Shown: in pieces, positions 1-9,800 of the stretch
Layout of the letters: every line of letters starts with the position of its first letter
Position numbering within the stretch: the first letter of the stretch is position 1
Assembly (NCBI GenBank): GCA_905235705.1
Contig: CAJOML010000003.1
Span: 1 to 42,657 of the forward strand
Direction: 5' to 3'
DNA: 42,657 nt
Source: an uncultured Bacilli bacterium
GTDB taxonomy: Bacteria; Bacillota_I; Bacilli_A; RFN20; CAG-826
Translations under genes and position numbers: made by a program
The notes under the pieces: generated by a model
The model's database searches: none
Seen by the model: the letters and a program-made list of their open reading frames with translations, nothing else
Told to the model about the DNA's origin: nothing

Positions 1-9
1 AATATCCAT
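1..9 (-). CDS. 5' end of a minus-strand gene running off the left edge (M-D-I...)
   Basis: The minus strand reads AAGGAG-acttccc-ATG, with ATG at 9..7 and a TACAAT -10-like box at 46..41. Only 3 codons are visible. Confidence 0.45.
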
Positions 10-106
10 GGGAAGTCTCCTTGTGATGTGAGCGATCAACATTGTAAGACTTCCTTTTTTCTTTGTTACCTACAAATAGCTAACGGTATCGCAACTTTTC
101 TCTTTT

Positions 107-135
107 TTGACTTTCCTGAGTTATGGCCCTATACT
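107..135 (+). promoter_or_regulatory. sigma70/sigmaA promoter for a probably leaderless gene
   Basis: TTGACT (107-112), 17-nt spacer, TATACT (130-135). ATG at 143 follows 7 nt after the -10 box with no SD sequence. Confidence 0.75.
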
Positions 136-142
136 CGATACC

Positions 143-691
143 ATGTTAAGCGAAATTGAAGAAATGATCGTTTCAATGCAAACCATTTTAGGTAAGCAAA
201 GCGATTTTGAAGTCACGGTCAGACATTTTAATAGCCTAAAAGGGGTCACTGACATTGTTGGTCAAGGCTTCCTTAGCCGAGAAGAAGGGTATTATTTAGA
301 TGCGTCTTTCCTTTTCACCAAAGGGAAGAAATATCTTTATCTTTCCGATAACCAAGAGGTGAATTGCATTGGCGAAGGAGAGCCCCTTTCCCTTCGCGAT
401 TTTTTGCCGCAAAGCCTGGTTAAAAGCTTAGATGAAGCAAAGAAAGAGTTCGCTTCGATTGATAAAAGGGGAGCGTTATCTTTAAGGCGGGGCAGACAAA
501 TCAATATCATCATCAAAGATGACTTTATCAAAGAAATATCAGTGGTGGAGATGGATGATGTTTGCGTTGCCCCAAATGTCTATTCATCTGTCGAAAACGA
601 AACGACTTATTCCTTTACCCCAATCGAAAAAGGAAGCCGTCATTTAGACCAAGGGCGTCTTCAACATTTTAAGGATGCGAAGATAATTTAA
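143..691 (+). CDS. hypothetical protein (~182 aa)
   Basis: Open frame 107..691. The TTG at 107 is the -35 box, so ATG 143 is preferred. No recognisable motif. Confidence 0.6.
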   Translation: MLSEIEEMIVSMQTILGKQSDFEVTVRHFNSLKGVTDIVGQGFLSREEGYYLDASFLFTKGKKYLYLSDNQEVNCIGEGEPLSLRDFLPQSLVKSLDEAKKEFASIDKRGALSLRRGRQINIIIKDDFIKEISVVEMDDVCVAPNVYSSVENETTYSFTPIEKGSRHLDQGRLQHFKDAKII

Positions 692-698
692 GATACAC

Positions 699-1421
699 GT
701 GAGTTTATTTATGGTGGCGAAAAAGAGATTATTGATATATATCATTGTCGAAGTCGCTTTACTCCTAACTTTGGTTGGCTTTCAAATCGCAACCGTGATA
801 CAGGGCTATAAAGTCTACGATAAAAGCGCCCCCCTGTTTTATCCCTATATCGCCTTATTCCAGGTGAGTTTAACATTTATCTCACTTGCCTTTGCTTTAA
901 TCGAATTCATCATCAGCAAAAGGAAAAAGGCTTATTTTGTTTGGCCTTTATATTTTTTGATCATTTCCATCGCCGATATCTTCTTTTCCTTAACCCCATA
1001 TGTCCTCGGTGGTCATATTGGCTTTACGTGCGCTTATTTGTTGTTTCTTTTCTACCGTAAGCCTAAACGTTTCGAATATGTCATCTACGGGGTTTTAATT
1101 GCCGCTGGAATTTCAATCCTAGCCATCATCAAAAAACTTAGCCCGATGATTGGGGTTGATATAGCTTTAGGGGTGCTTCTCATATCGAATTTAGTTGCCA
1201 CGTGGATTAAATATGGGAAAAGCAAAGACAAAAATATCAGACTTTTCGCCATCGCCTTAACCATTATCGTCATCAGCGATTTGACTATCGCCTTAAGGGC
1301 CGTGATTTCAAATCCATTGGCTTTAAATCATGCCATTAGCCTTATCACGTGGCCGACCTATATTGCCGGGAATATCCTGTTAGTTATCGCTTTCTTAAGA
1401 AAGCAGGAAAGCCTCTTATAA
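699..1421 (+). CDS. polytopic membrane protein, YhhN/lysoplasmalogenase-like
   Basis: About 8 hydrophobic segments. SIADIFFSL, IVISDLTIA and TWPTYIAGNILL resemble the YhhN GD / SD..IA / TY..AQ patterns. Confidence 0.55.
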   Translation: MSLFMVAKKRLLIYIIVEVALLLTLVGFQIATVIQGYKVYDKSAPLFYPYIALFQVSLTFISLAFALIEFIISKRKKAYFVWPLYFLIISIADIFFSLTPYVLGGHIGFTCAYLLFLFYRKPKRFEYVIYGVLIAAGISILAIIKKLSPMIGVDIALGVLLISNLVATWIKYGKSKDKNIRLFAIALTIIVISDLTIALRAVISNPLALNHAISLITWPTYIAGNILLVIAFLRKQESLL

Positions 1422-3524
1422 AGTGATATTTAAAATGTTTTCCTGATTGGAATAGGTGTAATCCACTTTTTTGGCAAGGCTACGGACAACCGATATTCCT
1501 AAGCCTCCGACTAAACCTTCTTCCAGACTATCTTGGACTAGTCTTTTTTTGGTTTCGAGGGGGTTAAATCTCTTTCCGTTATCTTTGATACGAAGGGTGA
1601 TTCCTTCCTCTTCACGAAAAAGGGAAATCTCGATATATTTTTTGCCCTTGGTTTTGGCGTAAGAAATGATGTTATTCATCACTTCATCTAAGATAACGCC
1701 GGCTTTTGAGGCGATGGCGATATCATCTTTTTCCAGGAGTTCACCGACTTTATCGCTTGCATCGGAGATATTTTCGAAGGTCGGGTTTTCATAATATAGA
1801 TGAAGGTCTTCTTGATTGAATTTAATGGCCATCATCGTCATATCGTCAAAGGCTTCCCCTTTGGCAAAGGCGGCCACCTCCGCGGTGACGTGATCAATCA
1901 ATTCCAGGGGCGAAGCGCCTTTGCCTAGGGCTTGGATAAGGCGCTGCTGACCGAATTCTTCTTCCTTTTCGTCGATCGATTCGTTGACCCCATCGGTATA
2001 AAGGAAAAGGATATCGTCTTTTCCAAGTTGGATTTCCTGCTCTTCAAAGGTCATGTTTTCAACTGCCCCAAGGACGAAATTGGGGGAGACTTCGATAGGC
2101 TTGGCATCTTTCCCTTTTTCAAGGCGAAGTGGGGCAAGGTGAGCGGCATTGGCGTAACGAAGAAGATATGTCTTTAAATCGATGATCCCGAAGAAAAGGG
2201 TGACGAAATAGTTTTCTTTATTGTTCTGGCAAAGACGGTTATTCGCCTCATATAGGATTTGGCCGGGGGTCTTGATGCTAGTAAGGGCAACCGACTTTAC
2301 CGCCTCCTTGGCCTTCATCATGAATAAAGCGGCCGGGATGCCTTTCCCTGAAACATCGGCGATGACGATGCCAAGGTGTTGATTATCGATGGGGAAATAA
2401 TCGTAAAAATCGCCGCCCACGGTCTTGGCTGGTTTCATGCTGGCGCGAAGTTCAATGCCATGAGTGAAGAAAGAGCCTTCGGGTAAGGATTCGAGTTGGA
2501 TTTTGCTGGCGACTTGAAGCTCGGCTTCCATTCTTTGCTGGATGGCGGCGTCTTTTTTAATATGGTCGACGTAGGTGATGATTTGCTTTTCCATGATGAT
2601 GATATCGCGGTAAAGATCGCTGATTTCATCATGGGTTCTGATGTTTGCCTCCACCTCTTTTAAGGGGAGGTTATTATTCATCATCGCCACAAAATCCTGC
2701 GCAGATCGCGAGGCTTTTTTGACGTTATTGACGATAAAAGCCTTAGCAAGGAAGGCGTAAGCGGTAACTAAAATCAAGGAAACGCCTAAGCAAGCAAGAA
2801 GCTCGGAAGCCACTTGTTCGGTTGTGTTTTTATTTAACGTGCCTAAGAGGATGACGTTTGTCGAATAGAAGATATAGGTCTTGCCATTAACTTCCCTAGT
2901 TAGGCTTTTGGCATAGGATCGGATGAAGTCGTTGTTAGAAGAAACGGTTTCGGTTAGTTCGCTTTGGGCAAAGAAAGCATTGGCCTCCTCGCTAGCGTTA
3001 GTGATGTATCCGCTGGGATTATCGGCGATGCCTTGGGTAGGGACGAAAAAGGAGATATCTTTCTTTCTTGCGACGTCATAAATGGAAATATCCATAAGCA
3101 TGGTGTCGTAATAGGCGTTGATGGTGGAGGCCTTTGTCAATAAATCGTTATAGATGTTGGCTCTTCTCCCCATATCTTGGCTAAATCCAAGGGTGCCGTT
3201 TCCTCCTCCGCCATAAAGAGAACGATTGAAGTCTTTAATATAAATAACCTTATCTTCCTCGCTTAGGGTGTCATAACGGTCGGCCATACCCTCATATTGC
3301 GCGAATAATGTATCGAAAATGTTGGTATCAGGACCAACCGAATCAAGAAAAAAGCCTGACATCAGGTGGTTAGCATCGCCACAATCATTGACATAGGATT
3401 GCTTCAATTTGTTATAAGAGACTATTGAAGAAATCGTTAAAGTGATGGCGGTGACGAAAAGAGTCAGCCCACCGGTCAGGGCGATGATTTTGGTTAGGAT
3501 TTGCGACCGCCTGATTTTAGCCAT
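1416..3524 (-). CDS. membrane sensor: TM, extracellular domain, TM, HAMP, SpoIIE/RsbU PP2C phosphatase fused to a C-terminal RsbW-like Ser/Thr kinase (HATPase_c_2)
   Basis: PP2C motifs VGGDFYD, IADVSGKG, LYTDGVNE and FDDMTM. HAMP-like THDEISDL. Kinase motifs LDEVMNNIISY, IKDNGKRFNP and GGLGI. Confidence 0.9.
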   Translation of the reverse strand: MAKIRRSQILTKIIALTGGLTLFVTAITLTISSIVSYNKLKQSYVNDCGDANHLMSGFFLDSVGPDTNIFDTLFAQYEGMADRYDTLSEEDKVIYIKDFNRSLYGGGGNGTLGFSQDMGRRANIYNDLLTKASTINAYYDTMLMDISIYDVARKKDISFFVPTQGIADNPSGYITNASEEANAFFAQSELTETVSSNNDFIRSYAKSLTREVNGKTYIFYSTNVILLGTLNKNTTEQVASELLACLGVSLILVTAYAFLAKAFIVNNVKKASRSAQDFVAMMNNNLPLKEVEANIRTHDEISDLYRDIIIMEKQIITYVDHIKKDAAIQQRMEAELQVASKIQLESLPEGSFFTHGIELRASMKPAKTVGGDFYDYFPIDNQHLGIVIADVSGKGIPAALFMMKAKEAVKSVALTSIKTPGQILYEANNRLCQNNKENYFVTLFFGIIDLKTYLLRYANAAHLAPLRLEKGKDAKPIEVSPNFVLGAVENMTFEEQEIQLGKDDILFLYTDGVNESIDEKEEEFGQQRLIQALGKGASPLELIDHVTAEVAAFAKGEAFDDMTMMAIKFNQEDLHLYYENPTFENISDASDKVGELLEKDDIAIASKAGVILDEVMNNIISYAKTKGKKYIEISLFREEEGITLRIKDNGKRFNPLETKKRLVQDSLEEGLVGGLGISVVRSLAKKVDYTYSNQENILNITL

Positions 3525-3528
3525 GTTT

Positions 3529-3828
3529 TTATTCGATATTCAGGAAACGGTTAAAGCCGGTCGCTTGGAAGATTTCGGTAACGACGGGATTGACGTGGGT
3601 GATTTTCAATGTCTTGCCTTCGGCTTCGGCGTCTTTCTTAAAGACGATGAGGGCTCTTAAGCCAGCCGAGGAGATATATTGGAGTTTGGCAAAATCAAGG
3701 ACCAAGTCGAATCCTTTTCTTTCCTCCAAGGTGATTTTATCGGTCAATTCTTGGGCACCGACGGTATCCATTCTTCCTTCTAAGAAGATGGTGAGGGTGC
3801 CTTCTACTTTATTTGAGGTGATTTCCAT
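3529..3828 (-). CDS. STAS-domain anti-sigma factor antagonist (RsbV/SpoIIAA-like)
   Basis: 99 aa. LEGRMDT, LDFAKLQYISSAGLRAL (phospho-acceptor Ser) and VTEIFQATGF. Confidence 0.92.
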   Translation of the reverse strand: MEITSNKVEGTLTIFLEGRMDTVGAQELTDKITLEERKGFDLVLDFAKLQYISSAGLRALIVFKKDAEAEGKTLKITHVNPVVTEIFQATGFNRFLNIE

Positions 3829-3846
3829 ATGGGTAACATCCTTTCT

Positions 3847-6800
3847 TTATATATCATCCCGGTCGAAGAAGCCGAGGGTTTCAAGCGCTTCGATGGCTTT
3901 CTTGAGGTATTCGAAGTCGGTAATGGGCCAACGATACCCTAGACGATACAGGGCCTGCACTGAATAGGATACATCGGAATCGATGAATTCGTGAGAGCGA
4001 TTATCACTTGAAGCGTAAGAAATAAGCGAAGAGACGATAGGCGCTTTCTTTTCGTCTAACATGGCTCCCTTCATGTTTGCTTTGAAGGTTTCGTCGTCGA
4101 CATTATCGATTTTGATGCCGATAAGATTCATGGCGGCGATGATATCGGCCATCTGGACGCGGTGGCAATTGAAGGAATGGAAGACGGTATATTCTACGGG
4201 TGTGGTGGCGAGTAAAAGAATCGTCTTCGCCGTTTCGTCGATCGGTGAGAAGTCGGTTTCCTTATGAAGCCCGGAGATGGGGAATTGGCCAAGGACCTTA
4301 TAACCTTTAAGGTTACGCATGAAGGCGTTGGTGACGGAATTGATTTGGAATTCGCCGTCGCTTTGTCTAGGCATAAGGTTGCCAACGCGGATGATTTTGG
4401 CATCCAGACCATCGTTTTCGATGGCGTCTAAGATGGCTTCTTCGGCTTTGAATTTGGAATGGCAATATTTATTGGAGATATCCTGCCCGAAATAGAGCTG
4501 ATCCTCTTTCATCTTATAATTAGAAGGGAATTTATGGTCGATGTTTTCGCCGGCTACCGATAAGGTCGAGACTTGGATGAATCTGGCTTTTTTCGCTTTG
4601 GCGACTTCGATGAGGTTTTTTACCCCGCCGACATTGACTTTTTCGATGATGTCGGAGCTAGCGAAGTGTTTGACGATCGCGGCCGCGTTAATGATGGTAT
4701 CGAATTCCATTCCCTCAAGACGTTCGAGAAGGTGGTCATCGGTGATATCCTCGCCGACGACTTTGACATATTTTTCGACCTCCTCTTCCAAAGGAGAATC
4801 GAAATAATACATGAGTAACCCTTTGATACGGTCAAGGGGGTCAAGTGTTTTCGAACGGACCAAAATGGTGGTTTCTATTCCTTGGGCAAGCAATTCGCGG
4901 AAGATATGGATGCCAAGGAAGCCAGTGGCCCCGGCAAGGAGGACTTTGCCGAGTTCCCTTTCTTTCTTAATGCCACCAAGGAAGGCGACGTTATTATGGG
5001 ATAAGGAAGAACGCTCGGCATCGTCGAGTGAGACGACTTTTTCTTCTTTGGGGGCGTTATCTTTATTCGATTCCATATAGGCGGCAAGTTCACGTGGGGA
5101 AGGATGGGCGAAGATGTCTTGATATGAGAGCGAATATCCCTTATTTAAGGCGAAAACGACGACTTTTGCGGCGCTTAAGGAAGTTCCGCCGATATCAAAG
5201 AAGCTATCATTTGCCCCGACTTTATCTAGCCCAAGGATTTGCTGATATGCCTCGGCAAATTCTTTTTCCAAAGGCGTTTCAGGGGCGACATATTCGGAGG
5301 AAGAATCAACGAAGACGGGTTTAGGAAGGGCGCGCTTATTGACTTTCTGATTTTGGTTAAGGGGGATCGCATCAAGCTGCATGATAGAAGAAGGCACCAT
5401 ATAAGCGGGTTTATTTTGCTTGATATGGGCTTTTATGGCATTGATGTCCAAATTGCTGGAGGCGGTGAAATAAGCGGCGAGGAATTTGCCGCCGGACTCG
5501 CTATCGAAAGCCTGGACGGTCGCATCTTTAATCCCGGGGAAGGAACGGATAGCCATTTCGACTTCCCCAAGTTCGATACGGAAGCCACGGATTTTCACCT
5601 GCCCGTCATTACGTCCGATAAAGTCGATTTCGCCATTATATAGACGCCTGACGATATCGCCGGTTCGATAGGCACGTTCATATCCTTTTTCATCGGAAAA
5701 AGGGTTTTTGACGAAAGAAGCAGCCGTTTTTTCGGGCAAATTCAAATATCCTAAGCCAACCCCATATCCGGAAATATAGAGTTCGCCAAGGGCACCGATA
5801 GGAAGCTCTTTGCCTAACCGATCAACGACATAGAGACAGTAATTATCCAATGGTTTTCCAATTGGCACGCGGAGATCTAATCCACTCACCGGATGAGCGG
5901 TGGAGAAGATCGTGCATTCCGTCGGTCCATAGCCATTGTGGAGAGTATAACCGGCAGGAGGTTCAATCGGGACGAGCTTTTCTCCGCCGACGGAGAGGTG
6001 ATGGAGGGAGCTCTTGCCGATTTCGCTAGCGAATAGACGTCCGACCTGCGTCGTCATGAAGCTATGGGTAACCCCATTTTTCTCAAAATAGGCTTCGAGT
6101 TGGTCGAGGTTCATGCGGATATCATCGGGCACGACGCAGACACCGGCCCCGCAAGTCAAGGCCGGATATAAATCCATCATCGAGGCGTCAAAGCCGAATC
6201 CGGCATAGGCGGCGACGACGTGATTGGGTTTCAAATCATAATAGCGATGATACCAGTGGCAGAAATTGATGAGGTTGCCTTGGGTTAACATCACCCCTTT
6301 AGGTGTACCGGTGGTGCCGGAGGTATAAAGAAGAATCATCAAATCGTCAAAAGAAGGACCCTGCAAGGCAATGTCTTCTTTAGGAAGGGAAGCGAAATCT
6401 TTGGTGAAGAGGACGGGCTTATTCCAGCTTGGTAGTTTGGAAAGAAGTTCTTCATCGGCGATAAGAATCATCGAAGAGGCGTCTTCGACCATAAAGAGCA
6501 AACGCTCTTCCGGATAAGAGCAATCCAAAGGTTGGTAGGCAGCCCCTGTCTTCATCACGCCTAAGGTGGATAAGACCATATTTTGGCTGCGGTTAATCAA
6601 GATAGAAGCGACTTTTCCTTTGCCTAAGCCTTGCTTAGCCAAAGCAAAGGCGATGCGGTCGGTGATTTCATCGACTTCTCGATATGTGAGTTTTTTGTCC
6701 TTATAGATGACGGCGACGTTGTTTGGATAGGTTTTGGCCGCTTTCTTGAAGGTGCTAATTAAGTCGGTTCTTTCAATCGGGGAATCAGTCGCATTCCACT

Positions 6801-9800
6801 GATCTAATTGGGCCTTCTTTTCTTCATTTAAGAAGGACATGTCATCGGGATCAACGCCATGGAGGAGTTGATTAAAGGCAAGCGAGGTGGCTTCTAATAA
6901 AGAAGTGACACTCCAAGCCTGATAACGGTCGCCATCATATTCGAAATGGAGACGATATCCTTCTTGCGTATCGGAAATGCTTAGCAATAAGGCGGCTTTG
7001 GCTTCGTTAAGGGAAAGCAAATCGATTCCTTCGATGGGCATATCGCCAAAGCTATAGCCTTGGGCGATTTTTCCTTCATAGACGAAGAGGATATCCGCCC
7101 TCATCTCGAATTCGTGGGCGATATCGGCAAAGGAGAAGGAATCATTAGCCATGCTTTTTTTGATTTGTTCGGCCACGTCTTGGACGTAACTTGTCCCCTT
7201 TTTACCGGGGAAGGGATCGCAGGTCACGGGTAAGGTATGAACGAACATACCGATGGAAGAACGAAGTCTTGCGTCGTTTCTGCCGTTATAAACGGTTGCA
7301 AAAATGGCATCATTTCGATTTAAGAATTTCGCAAGGGCTAGACCGAAAGAAGCAATCCAAAGGCTATTGGGGGTGGTTTTGGTGGAGGAGAGGAAGCTTT
7401 CGACTTCTTCTTTATCCGCTTTTACATCGATTTCGACTTCTTGTTTGCCCCTTCCTTTTTCGGCGTGATCGGGGACGGGGAGGCAATCGATGTCGCGACC
7501 TTCCAAGATGCTTGCATAATGCTGTTTTGCCTGATTGTATTCCTCACCTTGACGGAGCTTTTCTTCATCAAGGGACAAATCGAATTCGCTGTAGGCTTCT
7601 TTTTCTAGTTTCTCCCCCTTATAGGCGCGGTCGATATCTTTCATCAAGACGTCAAGGGATTCGCCATCGAAAATCATATGGTGGGCATCGAAGAAGAAGA
7701 CGTTTTCGGATTTGCCCTTAAGTAAGGCAACGCGAGTTAAGGGATCGTGGATGATATCAAAAGGCCTAACTAGGCTTTGCGCCCCGCCTTCTAAAGTATC
7801 GAGGTCAAAATGTCCGATAGGAAGGTCGCTTTCATCTTGGCGGAGAATCCTAAATTGCCCTTCTTCGTTGCTAATCAAACGGACTTTTAGATAAGGGTGG
7901 GCATCGAGAGCCTCTTTAACCGCTTTTGCGAAACGGTCGAGGTCGATTCCTTTAGGCAAGGTGATGGCGGTCGGCACGTTATAGATGGTGGTGTCAGGAT
8001 GGGCTAATGCCTCGGTAAGGATGCCTTGTTGGGCGGAAGTAAGAGGGTAATCTTTTTGTAAGGCATGGGTCTCGTCATTGTCTTTTTCGTTTAAATAGGC
8101 AAGGAGCTTCTCAATGCTTGAATGATTGACGAGTTCGCTTACGCGGACCGATTTATGAAGGAGGGAAGAAAGCTCGGATGTGAATTGCATGGCGCTAAGG
8201 GAGGTAAGGCCGATTAAATCGAAATCATCGGTAACCCCGAAATCACCATAGCCAACGATGCGGGCCAAGGCTTGATAGACTTTTTCCTCAAGTTCGTTAC
8301 GCGGGGCAATCGATGCGATGGAGGCGTGAGTTGGTTCAGGCAAGGCTTTGCGGTCGATTTTGCCACCGGGAGTCATTGGCATTTCATCAAGACGGATGAA
8401 AACGGTGGGGACCATGTATTCGGTTAAGCGCGAACCCATCTTGGCCTTGAGGTCGTTTTCATCAATTTCCCCTTCGGCTGAATAATAAAGGACAAGTTGC
8501 TTGTTTTTGACGCTGGCGAGGACTTGTTTGATATGAGGATAAGAGGAAGCGGCGTTTTCGACTTCGCCAAGTTCGATGCGGAAACCTCTAAGTTTGACTT
8601 GGAAGTCGATGCGTCCGCAGTATTCGAGTTCGCCTTCTTCGTTATATTTGGCGAGGTCACCTGTTTTATACATCTTCTCTCCAGGTAAGAAGGGGCAGGG
8701 GATGAAGCGTTCTTCGTTGAGTTCGGGACGATTATAGTAGCCACAGCTCATTTGAATGCCAGAAAGGCAAAGCTCGCCGATCATGCCACGAGGCAAAAGA
8801 TTCCCGAAAGGATCGCAGATGAAAGAATAAGAATTCGGGACGGCCCGACCAATGGGAATATCTTTGTCTTTTTCCTGGTCGACTAAATGGGCGGATGAAC
8901 AAACCGTGAATTCGGTTGGGCCATAGCCGTTATAGACGCGGATATTCGTCTTTTTGGTGGGCAGTAATTTTTCACCACCGACGACCATGTAATTGAGCTT
9001 TAAATCGGGATGGGCATTGATTAAGGACATACCGATTTGGGTGGACATCGTCAAGCCGGTGATTTTGTTGTCGCGAAGATAAGCGTAAATCAAATCCAAA
9101 TCCATGCGCACTTCTTCGGAGATGATATGAAGTTCCCCTCCGACGGATAAGGAAGCGAAGATATCGTGGACGGAGGCATCGAAAGAGAAGGAGGCGTGGA
9201 CGGCGGCGACGCTTTGCTCGGAAAGATCAAATGCGGCGATATGCCAAGAGAATTCGGCCACAAGCGATTTATGGAGGATAACGACGCCTTTAGGCTTGCC
9301 CGTTGAGCCCGAGGTATAAATCATATAGGCACGTCCATCAAGTTTGGAAAGATTGATCGGTTCGGCTTGTTTGCATTCTTCGAGCATTTTTTCGATGAAT
9401 GGTTCGTCTAAAACGAATTTCGCGCCGGAATCCTCGATCATATATTGGATACGGTCGGCGGGATAAGTGGGGTCAACCGGGATATAAGCCCCGCCGGCTT
9501 TCATAATCCCAACCAGGGAAGAGATGAATTCTTTGACTCGTTCGGTTTTGATGACGACGAAATCATTAGGCTGCAAGCCGTGATTAAGCAAATAGGAAGC
9601 GATGCGGTTAGAGACTTCATCTAATTCGCCATAGGTATATGACCCGTTTTTCGCGATGACGGCCTTTTTATTTGGATGTTTCTTGATTTGCTCCAAGAGG
9701 ATATCGATGAAAGTTTTATCTTTTTGATAATCGAGGTCTCCACCATAGGAAAGGGCGATAAGTTCTTTCGTTTCTTTTTCATCGACGATCGTGATTTCTT

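Noticed and set aside
107-142. TTG start at 107 from the ORF track
   Set aside because: It coincides with the -35 box of a consensus promoter. ATG 143 fits better.
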